The position numbers and the translations under genes were made by a program. Positions 53,901-61,564 of a DNA stretch of 62,701 nt are shown piece after piece. A model generated the notes under the pieces. It ran no database searches. It was not told where the DNA came from and was given only the letters and a program-made list of their open reading frames with translations. The DNA is taken from NCBI GenBank assembly GCA_903888765.1, contig CAISVF010000039.1, forward strand, positions 1 through 62,701, in the 5' to 3' direction. Origin of the DNA: an uncultured Verrucomicrobia subdivision 3 bacterium. GTDB lineage: Bacteria > Verrucomicrobiota > Verrucomicrobiia > Limisphaerales > UBA11358. Position 1 is the stretch's first letter. Every line of letters begins with the position of its first letter.

Positions 53901-55309
53901 GCCGCATTATTGGTCGGACTCGTGATGGAGACAGACACCGGCAAGGGCGGAACCATGACGCCAATATTGTCATAACCGACTGTCGAATTGGCACCCCATT
54001 CCGGTACGACCTTAAAGCCAGTGGTGCCTGCCGGAATAGTCACCGAGAAGGAATAGGTGGCCCAGTCGCCGCCATTCAAAATACTGGATGGAAACATATC
54101 TCCGGTGGAACCTGAAGGCGTAAAATCAATCTTGAGTCCGCCAACGGTGCTGCCGGAGATGAGTTTCATATCTTCGACAAATGTGTAAGTCTGGCCCGCC
54201 GTAAGGTTGAATGCAGTAAGAGAAATGACGGCATTGTTATTTCCAACCCAAAGTCCATAGGCTCCGCCGACATTAGCCATAACCCCATAACCACCCGGAT
54301 TTCCGCCCGTCACTGGATAGCTATACGTGTTCCCGCCACCCTGGGCAACCGTCCAGCTGCCACTGGTACCCGCAGGGCTATCAAATCCCCCATCCGGAAA
54401 CAGAGCCAGAACCGGGGTGGCAATAGTAACGTTCACCACGGCGGAGGTGACACTATTTCCACTGCCATCCTGCGCCACCGCCGTCAGCGCATGGGGCCCG
54501 TTCGCCAAACCGGTGGCGGAGAAGTTGTACGGAGCGCTGTAAACGCTCCCCAGCAGCGAACCATTGTCATAAAAATCAACGCCGGCAATCGTGCCCGGAT
54601 AAATTGAAGCCGGCGCAATAATCGTAAAGTTTCCAGAGGCCAAAGTAACGCCACTGACCGGACTCGTGATCGCCACATTTAGAGGTACCGGTCGACTAAC
54701 AAAATAGAAATTATCTATATAAAAATCTTTGCCGCCATCCAGCAAACCGATTTGGTGAATTTGTGTTAAATCTAAAGCCGGATTGGCTGCGGTAAACTTG
54801 CTCAAGGGAATATCCAAATGCACCCAAGTGTTGGCGACAATGGCCCCCGCATCGGTGTAAACATTAGCCTCACCACCCGCATAAGAAACCAGCTTGATAC
54901 CGAAACTGCTGCCATTGGGAGCAAAAACGTCTAAATGCAAATAATTGCAGGAATGAAAATCATAGCCCGCGTTTAAATTGACCCCTCCGTAATTGACCCC
55001 TGTGTAGCCCAACACCACGCTCGATGTTGAAGGCACCGCGTAAGGCCCGGCCGTCGCCCACCCTCCCCAATATTCATAGTAATTGATGTTAGAAAGATTC
55101 ACGTAGGTCCCACTGCTATTATACAAGCTTTGGACAGTCGGTGATAAATCGATCGGCGCGGATGGAACCGTGGTTGGCTGGGCCTGCCCACGCCCTGCTC
55201 CACCAAGAATGACGATTATCGTCAAGATAAGAAAAAACCATGTGTTAAGTGATTTGACCAGCACAGACTGATTCGAGCCGGACATTTTTTGTTTATTGAA
55301 TGTACTCAT
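50936..55309 (-). CDS. Giant secreted modular protein (1457 aa): CBM-like X x2, Ig-like x5, CBM4/9-like Y x2, unassigned module x1 and an FYRL-type tail
   Basis: N-terminal anchor/signal WFFLILTIIVILGGAG. The X modules are at nt 54695..55177 and 52892..53389 (..LH.DV..PNG.SF...L.S..GG.A.V.......V....WVHLDIPLS.F.A.NP..DLTQI.Q.G.....DFYIDN.YF). The Y modules are at 53948..54409 and 51185..51646. The unassigned module is at 51932..52597. The protein ends ...KSAFYRLHLIQ. Confidence 0.8.
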   Translation of the reverse strand: MSTFNKQKMSGSNQSVLVKSLNTWFFLILTIIVILGGAGRGQAQPTTVPSAPIDLSPTVQSLYNSSGTYVNLSNINYYEYWGGWATAGPYAVPSTSSVVLGYTGVNYGGVNLNAGYDFHSCNYLHLDVFAPNGSSFGIKLVSYAGGEANVYTDAGAIVANTWVHLDIPLSKFTAANPALDLTQIHQIGLLDGGKDFYIDNFYFVSRPVPLNVAITSPVSGVTLASGNFTIIAPASIYPGTIAGVDFYDNGSLLGSVYSAPYNFSATGLANGPHALTAVAQDGSGNSVTSAVVNVTIATPVLALFPDGGFDSPAGTSGSWTVAQGGGNTYSYPVTGGNPGGYGVMANVGGAYGLWVGNNNAVISLTAFNLTAGQTYTFVEDMKLISGSTVGGLKIDFTPSGSTGDMFPSSILNGGDWATYSFSVTIPAGTTGFKVVPEWGANSTVGYDNIGVMVPPLPVSVSITSPTNNAAVNGGGFVVSATGSVVPGTVTNIAFYLDSTLLGNVTNAPFIFNVPSAANGAHTLVAVARDSGGIAATSAVVHVTAANLPPTVALTSPSDGSAVLTGASVPLTVMTAGAVTNVGYYIDGTLVGSSAGSPFSSAWTALAGGHAVTAAAHANNGLSTTSAVVHITVLPTPAIVTAAPTLPQGQVLSLWNSRGVYTNILVDDFYQQWWAGQWTGHGNYTIPGTTNVVLGYQGLQFVGVGMHSANDVSGYNTLHVDVYTPNGDSFAVRLISAVGGSADVTYTTAGGVITSNSWVHLDIPLSQFKANNPGMDLTQINQLGWIINNSGENPVRDFYIDNVYFYYTVTPLTVSISSPTNNQVVYSNLTIRANASVGHATVTGVDFYDGATWLGNAASEPFSYSAIGLAAGSHALTGVATDSHGNSATSPMVTVFVTNAPIPSFNAYEPFNYGTGSLVDGTANTGTGFTGNWTLPTSAGIVAGLTYPGLPTTGHAYQHHATGSQNSLAFGSPLNDGTKYVSFLMQGAGNPGATAAGVFLQGDNSSSLFVGFEGGYSASQTSFGLGTVSSTALSGATPLGSTIPISNTAVHLVVLKLEFNTSGANDTVSLWIDPPAGVSAPGVDANVVDSSFDVGSITKFGINIQGAYGAIIDEVRVGGSYGDVVGGNVTTPLNASIASPTNTAAILPDFTISATAVVNPGSVTNVSFYDGAVLLGNATSSPYSYSVSGASAGSHGLKVVAKDSNGNAVTSAVVNVTVGNFTKILVPDGDFESPAGGLGSWVEVQGGGNTFSYLATGGNPTGYGVIANVGGGWGIWVANNNSPIPLASLGLVAGQTYTFVEDMMLMSGNSIGGLKVDFSPSGSTGDMFPSRILNGGSWTTYSFTVTIPANCTGVVVVPEWGANSTVGFDNVGVLVPSANFGFGSGLVSLTSGQAQVVMSGIAGKQYSLQRATNVTFTAGISNFPAITAPVGGNVTSVDNFSDLGATPKSAFYRLHLIQ

Positions 55310-55381
55310 AATTTTAACGTTATTTAATTTTACAATTTTGCTACGGGCTTAAGGTGCAACTTTACACCATACACCCTATGT

Positions 55382-55409
55382 GCCTAGCTAGCCGAAAGGA
55401 TAGTTTTTT
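55382..55409. promoter_or_regulatory. Conserved double-palindrome motif, copy 2 (gcctagctagccgaaaggatagtttttt), 73 nt upstream of the 1457-aa gene ATG
   Basis: See copies at 50387 and 57658. Confidence 0.6.
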
Positions 55410-55517
55410 AGGGCCGTCCTTCCTGCGTTTTTTGAATCGAATGCGGTAAAATCTGCCATGTGGCGCTAATCGGCACGGCAAAACATTCCTGAAGCCGTTT
55501 CCACGGTAAGCATGATA

Positions 55518-57581
55518 TTATTGCAACTGAATCCGGAAAAACTCCTGATGCGCCGTCACAGAATTGGTGCGTGGTGGGGTTGCTCCGCTGACCTTGGTCC
55601 ATGGCCCGGCAATGTTGCTGGCGGATTGAAGCGTGCCCGTCGGCCAGTTCAAAACCACGCTTCCCCCCACGTATTGAGCCGCCATCTTGGCCAGTGGATT
55701 GACCTTCACAAAGGTTGTCGCCGACGGCGACGCGCAGCCGCCGATGACCGCCTGCACACTGAACAACCCGGACAGGTTTGTGGTCGCATTCGTAATGGCC
55801 GGATTTTGATTGGTGGAGGTAAATCCGCTTGGGCCGGTCCAACTGTAGGTAGCTCCTGACACCGTCGAAGCCGCCAGATTTAGGTTCATGCCCGCCCAAA
55901 GCGGCCCGTTGTTGGCGGCCGTTGGGGCCGCCGGCTGGGGAAGAATGATTTCAATGCCACTCGATTTGGGCTGGTCAGCTGTACCGGCTGTGTAGGCAAC
56001 AATAATCTGTCCGCTGCCATTGGGAGTGCCGGTGAACTCGCGGATGATCGCCTTGTTCTGGCCGCCGGCCGCCGCAAAAATGTCGTAGTTCGTCAATACC
56101 TGCGTGCCATTGAGGGCCACGTTGAATTTTCGCGCATTGGCTGCGTTCCAATAATATTCGACAAAGTGTAAACGAACTTTGTACGTGGCTCCCGGCGTGA
56201 GGCCGCCAAAAGTGTAGGTAAAAGGACCGTAGCGCTCGGTTTGATAAACCGTCTGCGGAGCCGGCGCGTTCACACCACTGATGTCAATGGCGGAGGTCGT
56301 CGGTGCCGCCTGAGTACCGCCGGTAAAGTAGGCATCCGCCATGAAATGGCCGGCTGCACTCCCGCCGGAATTGACGGCCAGGGCGAAGGAGCCCAGCGCG
56401 GCGGGCTGCTCGCTGGAATTGGCACTCTCGCCAGTCGCGTTGGTGGCGGATATCACGTAGTAGTACGTGGCACAATTGGCGACGTTCGTATCCGTGTAAT
56501 TATTGACCAGCGAATTCGCAACCGTGGTGTAAGGTCCGCCGCTGCTGAGCGAGCGCTTGATGTTATAACCGCTGGCACCGGAGTTCGGGGCCGACCAGCT
56601 TAAAAACACCCTGGCGTTTCCGGGGCTCACGCCCAAGCCAGTGGGTGGGCCCGGCGGGGCAGACACGTACTTATAAACGCGGACATAATCCACCAACATT
56701 TGTTGGGGCCATACGCTTGTTCCATCAGGGTTGCCAGGCCAGTTGCCGCCGACCGCGACATTGAGCAGCAGGAATTGCGGCTGCATAAAAACCCAGGTCG
56801 AACTGCCGGGCAGGCTGGCTGGCGTGGCCGCAAAAAACAAATTGGTATCAACGAACCATTGGATTTGATTGGTCGTCCATTCCACGGCAAAAATGTGGAA
56901 GCCATCGGCGAGCGCCGCCCCGCCCGGCAGCGTATAGGTTGCGCCAACCCCGCTACCGCCATTGTAATCCCCACCCGACTGCGGGCCATGAATCGTGCCG
57001 TGCGTCGTGCCTTGATCGCTGGCCTTGCCGATGTTTTCCATGATGTCAATCTCGCCGCAGGCGGGCCAGCCGACCGAATCAATGTTGGTGCCCAGCATCC
57101 AGAACGCGGGCCAGAGGCCCTGTCCTCGGGGAATCTTGATGCGCGCCTCCATACGACCATAGGTCCAGGACCATCTGCCTTTGGTCAACATCCGAGCCGA
57201 GGTATAACTGCTGCCGCCGTAGCTTTCCTGATTGGCTTCAATGACTAGTTGCCCGCCCACCACGCGGGCGTTGTTGGTGCGCGCGGTGTAATATTCCAGC
57301 TCGTTGTTTCCCCAGCCGCCGTTGCCGGTGTTGTAAACCCAGTTGGCGGGATTGGGAGAACTCCCGTCCGGCTGGTTAAATTCATCTGACCAAAGCAGTT
57401 GCCAGTCGGCATGAACAGCCAATGGCACCGCCAGCAGGGCCCAAAGGCCGGCCAGAAAATGGATTCTTTTCATCCAACGATATTTCATATTTGTGGCCGC
57501 TCGAATCATCGTCCAGACCGGGTGGCTGGGCCTTGCAGCCAGCGAACTGCCCCCAATGACCTTTGCAAACCATGCGGACAT
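55518..57581 (-). CDS. GH16 beta-1,3-glucanase (laminarinase), FN3, malectin-like domain, Ig-like domain and an FFRI-type tail
   Basis: GH16 catalytic motif ACGEIDIMENIG together with WPAFWMLG. FN3 is marked by PTGLGVSPGNARVFLSWS...YNIKRS. The malectin-like part shows YQTERYG.FTY...YKVRLHFVEYYW....RKFNV.LNG. The protein ends ...VVLNWPTGTLQSASNIAGPWTKV...EFFRIQLQ. The signal peptide follows internal ATGs at 57488/57473, so the start is uncertain. Confidence 0.9.
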   Translation of the reverse strand: MSAWFAKVIGGSSLAARPSHPVWTMIRAATNMKYRWMKRIHFLAGLWALLAVPLAVHADWQLLWSDEFNQPDGSSPNPANWVYNTGNGGWGNNELEYYTARTNNARVVGGQLVIEANQESYGGSSYTSARMLTKGRWSWTYGRMEARIKIPRGQGLWPAFWMLGTNIDSVGWPACGEIDIMENIGKASDQGTTHGTIHGPQSGGDYNGGSGVGATYTLPGGAALADGFHIFAVEWTTNQIQWFVDTNLFFAATPASLPGSSTWVFMQPQFLLLNVAVGGNWPGNPDGTSVWPQQMLVDYVRVYKYVSAPPGPPTGLGVSPGNARVFLSWSAPNSGASGYNIKRSLSSGGPYTTVANSLVNNYTDTNVANCATYYYVISATNATGESANSSEQPAALGSFALAVNSGGSAAGHFMADAYFTGGTQAAPTTSAIDISGVNAPAPQTVYQTERYGPFTYTFGGLTPGATYKVRLHFVEYYWNAANARKFNVALNGTQVLTNYDIFAAAGGQNKAIIREFTGTPNGSGQIIVAYTAGTADQPKSSGIEIILPQPAAPTAANNGPLWAGMNLNLAASTVSGATYSWTGPSGFTSTNQNPAITNATTNLSGLFSVQAVIGGCASPSATTFVKVNPLAKMAAQYVGGSVVLNWPTGTLQSASNIAGPWTKVSGATPPRTNSVTAHQEFFRIQLQ

Positions 57582-57657
57582 AGAAAAGGTTTGGTTTTAT
57601 GGGAGAAGCGACTAATGACCCGGATGATGCGAGAAATATGCCGCTCAACTGCCAAAT

Positions 57658-57684
57658 GGCTAGCTAGCCGAGCGGCTAGTTTTA
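57658..57684. promoter_or_regulatory. Conserved double-palindrome motif, copy 3 (ggctagctagccgagcggctagtttta), 77 nt upstream of ATG 57581 and overlapping the response-regulator stop codon
   Basis: See copies at 50387 and 55382. The last three bases (tta) are the reverse complement of the regulator's TAA stop. Confidence 0.6.
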
Positions 57685-58314
57685 CAAGCCCTGTCCCTGC
57701 TTGAATTTCAAGGCCGCTTCTGTGCGCGAATGCACGTGCAGTTTCTCGTAAATATGCTGCAAATGGAATTTCACCGCCGCTACCGTCACCCCCAGGCGAT
57801 CCGCAATGGCCTTGTTGGCATGGCCGTGCATGACCAGTTCCAGCACCTCGCGTTCCCGGCCGGAAAGGTCTTCCATCTGTTGCGCCGCCGTGGCCTGGCC
57901 GCGAAACTGGCCGATCACTTTGCGCGCGATTTCCGGCGTCATCGGCACGCCCCCTTCGTGCGCCTCCTTGATGGCGGCAATCACTTTCTCCGGCTCCGCG
58001 CGCTTCAGCAGGTACCCGCAGGCGCCGGCGCGCAAGGCCTGGAAAATCCGCTCGGAATCCTCATATACGGTGACAATGACAATGTGCACCGCCGGCATTT
58101 GCTCCTTGATTTTCGCGGTGCATTCCACGCCGGTGGAATCCGGCAACTGAATATCCATCAAGATCACGTCCGGCGCGGCCTTGGGAATTTTCTTCAACGC
58201 CTCCGCCACCGTGCCACAGGTGCAGACACATTGGAAACCGGAGGTGCGGTTGAGCAGCGTCTCAAACCCTTCGCGCACGGTTTTGTTATCTTCAACAATG
58301 GCAACTTTGATCAT
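57682..58314 (-). CDS. Two-component response regulator, NarL/FixJ (LuxR-type HTH) family
   Basis: Receiver domain (IKVAIVEDN, PDVILMDIQLPD, IVTVY.D) plus the GerE/LuxR HTH LSGREREVLELVMHGHANKAIADRLGVTVAAVKFHLQHIYEKL. Confidence 0.92.
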   Translation of the reverse strand: MIKVAIVEDNKTVREGFETLLNRTSGFQCVCTCGTVAEALKKIPKAAPDVILMDIQLPDSTGVECTAKIKEQMPAVHIVIVTVYEDSERIFQALRAGACGYLLKRAEPEKVIAAIKEAHEGGVPMTPEIARKVIGQFRGQATAAQQMEDLSGREREVLELVMHGHANKAIADRLGVTVAAVKFHLQHIYEKLHVHSRTEAALKFKQGQGL

Positions 58315-60398
58315 AAGAATTTAGCCGGTAGCGGCGCGCAAAAACGGACGGTCGTTCCCTTGTGCGGGTCGCTGGTGATTTTACATTCGCCGCCGAGCGC
58401 CTGCAATCGCTCGCTCATATTGGCCAGCCCGTCTTCGCCGGGGTGCCGCTGGCGCGGGTCGAAACCGCGGCCGTCATCGGCCAGTTCCACGATCAGGCTC
58501 CCGGCGCGTGCAGAAATCCGCAGCCACACCTGCTTGGCCGTGGCGTGGCGCACCACATTGTTCAGCGCTTCCTTGAACGCAAAAAAAAGATCCTGCCGGA
58601 ATTTCGGGTCCAGCGGCAGCTCCGGCAGATCCTCCGCGATGTCCAAGCCGCACATCACTCCGGCGATGTCCAGCAACCGCTGCGCATAGGCGCCAAAATA
58701 ACTGGCCAGCGAGGCGATGGTGTCATTGCGCGGATTCACCGCCCAGACAATTTCATCCAGCGACGTCACCATTTGCGCGGCGGTCTGGGTGAGTTCGCTC
58801 AGGTAGCGCCCCTTTTCCTCCGGCGACGTAGTCTGGCTTTTGGCCAGCGTGGCGAGCATGTTCACTTCGGTGAGGCGTGAGCCGAGGTCATCGTGCAGGT
58901 CGTGGGCAACGCGGGCGCGCTCTTGTTCGATCTCCCGCCGGCGTTCGGCAAGTTGCCGTTGCTGAATTTCAATTTCCAGTTCGCGGGTCCGCTCGGCCAC
59001 CTGCCGCCGCAACACTGCCACCCAGCCAAAGGCCGCAAGCATGGCAAAGGTCAACCCGGCGGCCATCCACAGCATCTTTTGCAGCGTCCACCAGGGCGGA
59101 GATTCGAGCAGTGCCTCGTCGGCCGGCGAGCGTAATAGTATGCCGAAAGATTTTGCCCGCCAGTTTTCGCCGGCCTCCCACGTGCCTGGGTCAATCCGGC
59201 AGACGCCGGTCACGGCCACGCGGCTGCCATTGGCCGGCAGGCCGGTCGTGGCCACACCCTGCGGCAGTTTGAGGCTGGCCTGGAAAATAAAATTGCTGTC
59301 CTGCAGGATCAGAAACTGTTCGTTGCCGTGCTGGGTGACATCAATCAAACGGGCGGCAACCTGAATCAACCGGCAGTCATGTTTGCCTTTCAGCGCCTCG
59401 TCGGTCGTCAGGCGATCGGGGAAAATGCCGGTGCTGTTCGAGATTTTCCGGTAGATGGCGTCTTGCAACAGCGGCGTATAAATACCCTGGCTGACAAAGC
59501 CCAAGGCCTCGACGCGTTCGCCCACCTGAAGCGGCACACGTTCCTTGGTTTGAATTTCCACCCCGTGCTGCCCTTCCTGTAAAAACAGCACCACGCCCGG
59601 CTCATAATAAATCACCGTGCCGACGAGCTTGACCCGGTGGCCATAGCTTTCCTGCGGCGTGAATTGCAACAGGCTGCTGATGGGGCGCGCCACCCTGGCA
59701 AAGGGATTTTCGGACGCCGGGATTTCAATTTTGAAATCCTCCGGCCGCGGCACCATGAGCTGGATGGCAAAAAGCTGACGCTGATGATTAAAAAGTGTTG
59801 AGCAGACGCCGCGCACCCGCACCGTGCTATCGAGCAACTCTTCCGGCCGCGCCACCGGCAGCGTCTTGGCAAAGACCACCAGCCGGCCGCCACTAACCGT
59901 CATTTCAATCTGGTAATGGGGCGTTTTCTCCATTGGCCGGACCGATCGGACAATACCGGCAACTTCGACAAACTGACTGTCTTCCGTGCCGGCGGCCAGC
60001 TGCTCATACGTCACCACTTTCGCCGGCGGCAACGCCTGCCTGCCCGTGACCTGAATTTTTTCCACCGTCACCACCGGCGCATATTCACCGGGACTCCCAT
60101 AGCCCGTCACCTCAACCGTCTGCCCCGGATCCAACCGGGGTGGCCCAACACCGTTGGGGAATTGCAGGTAAATGCCAGCGGTGTCGTCTTGCAGAAAACG
60201 CGAGAACAAAGTTTCGTCATAATACGTCACGACCCCGTGGAGTCGGACCGGGATTTTTTGCTGTGTCTGTTCGACCGTCAAGCCGCGCACGGCCACAATG
60301 GTCTCCAGTTCCTTCGCCTGCGTGCAAATCCCGCCTGCAGACCAAAGCAAAACCAGAACGACTAAATATTGCGGCCTAAAAATGCCGGAGTTTATCAC
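58311..60398 (-). CDS. Sensor histidine kinase (HisKA_3 plus HATPase_c) with a ~410-aa extracytoplasmic sensor domain of unassigned family
   Basis: Signal/TM1 YLVVLVLLWSAGGICTQA. Sensor and TM2 lie at nt 59010..60314. H-box VAHDLHDDLGSRLT, N-box FKEALNNVVRHA and G-box DDGRGF..GLANMSERL are present. The gene overlaps the regulator gene by ATGA. Confidence 0.9.
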   Translation of the reverse strand: MINSGIFRPQYLVVLVLLWSAGGICTQAKELETIVAVRGLTVEQTQQKIPVRLHGVVTYYDETLFSRFLQDDTAGIYLQFPNGVGPPRLDPGQTVEVTGYGSPGEYAPVVTVEKIQVTGRQALPPAKVVTYEQLAAGTEDSQFVEVAGIVRSVRPMEKTPHYQIEMTVSGGRLVVFAKTLPVARPEELLDSTVRVRGVCSTLFNHQRQLFAIQLMVPRPEDFKIEIPASENPFARVARPISSLLQFTPQESYGHRVKLVGTVIYYEPGVVLFLQEGQHGVEIQTKERVPLQVGERVEALGFVSQGIYTPLLQDAIYRKISNSTGIFPDRLTTDEALKGKHDCRLIQVAARLIDVTQHGNEQFLILQDSNFIFQASLKLPQGVATTGLPANGSRVAVTGVCRIDPGTWEAGENWRAKSFGILLRSPADEALLESPPWWTLQKMLWMAAGLTFAMLAAFGWVAVLRRQVAERTRELEIEIQQRQLAERRREIEQERARVAHDLHDDLGSRLTEVNMLATLAKSQTTSPEEKGRYLSELTQTAAQMVTSLDEIVWAVNPRNDTIASLASYFGAYAQRLLDIAGVMCGLDIAEDLPELPLDPKFRQDLFFAFKEALNNVVRHATAKQVWLRISARAGSLIVELADDGRGFDPRQRHPGEDGLANMSERLQALGGECKITSDPHKGTTVRFCAPLPAKFL

Positions 60399-60940
60399 AA
60401 CAAGTGAGTGTTTAGAAAACCATGTATTAGTGCCACGGAGACCGCATTGTCAACACCCTTGTGGCACTGCAAGTCACTGAGTCCGGCAAACGCGGCAAAA
60501 AATCGAATGATTAACAAGGCTGGGATCAATCCAATACTGTGCGTACCCGGTGCCGGCCAACATGACTGGATTGTCCCAGCCATCGGACGAATTTAGCGTT
60601 CCGTTCTTTTGCGACAGGCAGTTGCAGCGGTCCTCGGTTATCCAAGCAAGTTGCCCGCTTAAGACCGGCTTGTTTTTCGTCAATGCGCCACCAACATCGC
60701 ACCGCCACCCGCAAGCGTTCGACGGCAGGTAGTGACGGAGGCATCCCAGCCAGCATGGTACCGGAAATCCGGCCGCGTGGAATTTTCCCAGCGGGCGCGT
60801 ATTCGAAAACTCGCCTGCATCAAATGACCAGACCGCGCTAACCTTGCCGCCATGCCCACGTCAGAATTTTGCTCTCGGTTGCAACATTGGGCCTCGCGCG
60901 GAGTTTATATGGCATGCGACTAAGCGATCCACGGACCATT

Positions 60941-61564
60941 ATGGATTTCCCGAAATCTAATTATTGCCGGTTGTTCACCCTGGCCCTGTTCTGCCTCCTT
61001 TTTACCGGGTGTCAGTCGCATAAAGCGATTGCGCACTTGATGAACGGCTATATCGAAGTGACGCACCGTACGCCTGCCCTCACCGTAGAGCCAGCCGTGC
61101 CGCGGGTTTCCTTCGAACATCAGCTATCGGGCGATAAATCCACCCTGATCTGGCCGTCTTTGTATGGGGTTAATGAGGTCGTCCAGGGAGATTTGGCCAT
61201 CTTCGTTGGTGATAAAACATATTTGGAATCTGGTGCCAAGGTGACCCATCCACGCCTGTTTTCCGTCAAGTATCCTGAATTGCCTGTGGACATCACCGAC
61301 GAAGTCCTGAGGCTTTGGTCGGAGTCTGCCGGCAAGAATTTGGTGATGACCCTGAGTAAATTCAGGCTCGTCACTCCCGAAGAAACCGACGGCCGCTTGG
61401 CACTGCATCTGGATTTCTATTCGAACGATAAAAACTGGCCCGACCGAAGCGATTTACCTTTAAGCTGGAGCCAGGTATCCGAAATCATGACCGTAGTGAA
61501 ACAAAGGGGGATTGTGAAAAAAGAGCTGCAATGGCACACCCTTTACCTGGACGAAAATTTCTGA
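60941..61564 (+). CDS. Hypothetical lipoprotein
   Basis: MDFPKSNYCRLFTLALFCLLFTGC is a lipobox (LFTGC). I recognise no family. GC is lower than the surroundings. Confidence 0.55.
   Translation: MDFPKSNYCRLFTLALFCLLFTGCQSHKAIAHLMNGYIEVTHRTPALTVEPAVPRVSFEHQLSGDKSTLIWPSLYGVNEVVQGDLAIFVGDKTYLESGAKVTHPRLFSVKYPELPVDITDEVLRLWSESAGKNLVMTLSKFRLVTPEETDGRLALHLDFYSNDKNWPDRSDLPLSWSQVSEIMTVVKQRGIVKKELQWHTLYLDENF

Noticed and set aside
50936-55309. Periodic repeats in the giant gene, considered as a possible CRISPR or other non-coding array.
   Set aside because: The repeats are ~270-480-bp in-frame protein modules (Ig-like or CBM-like) within one uninterrupted ORF. There are no short direct repeats with unique spacers anywhere in the window.
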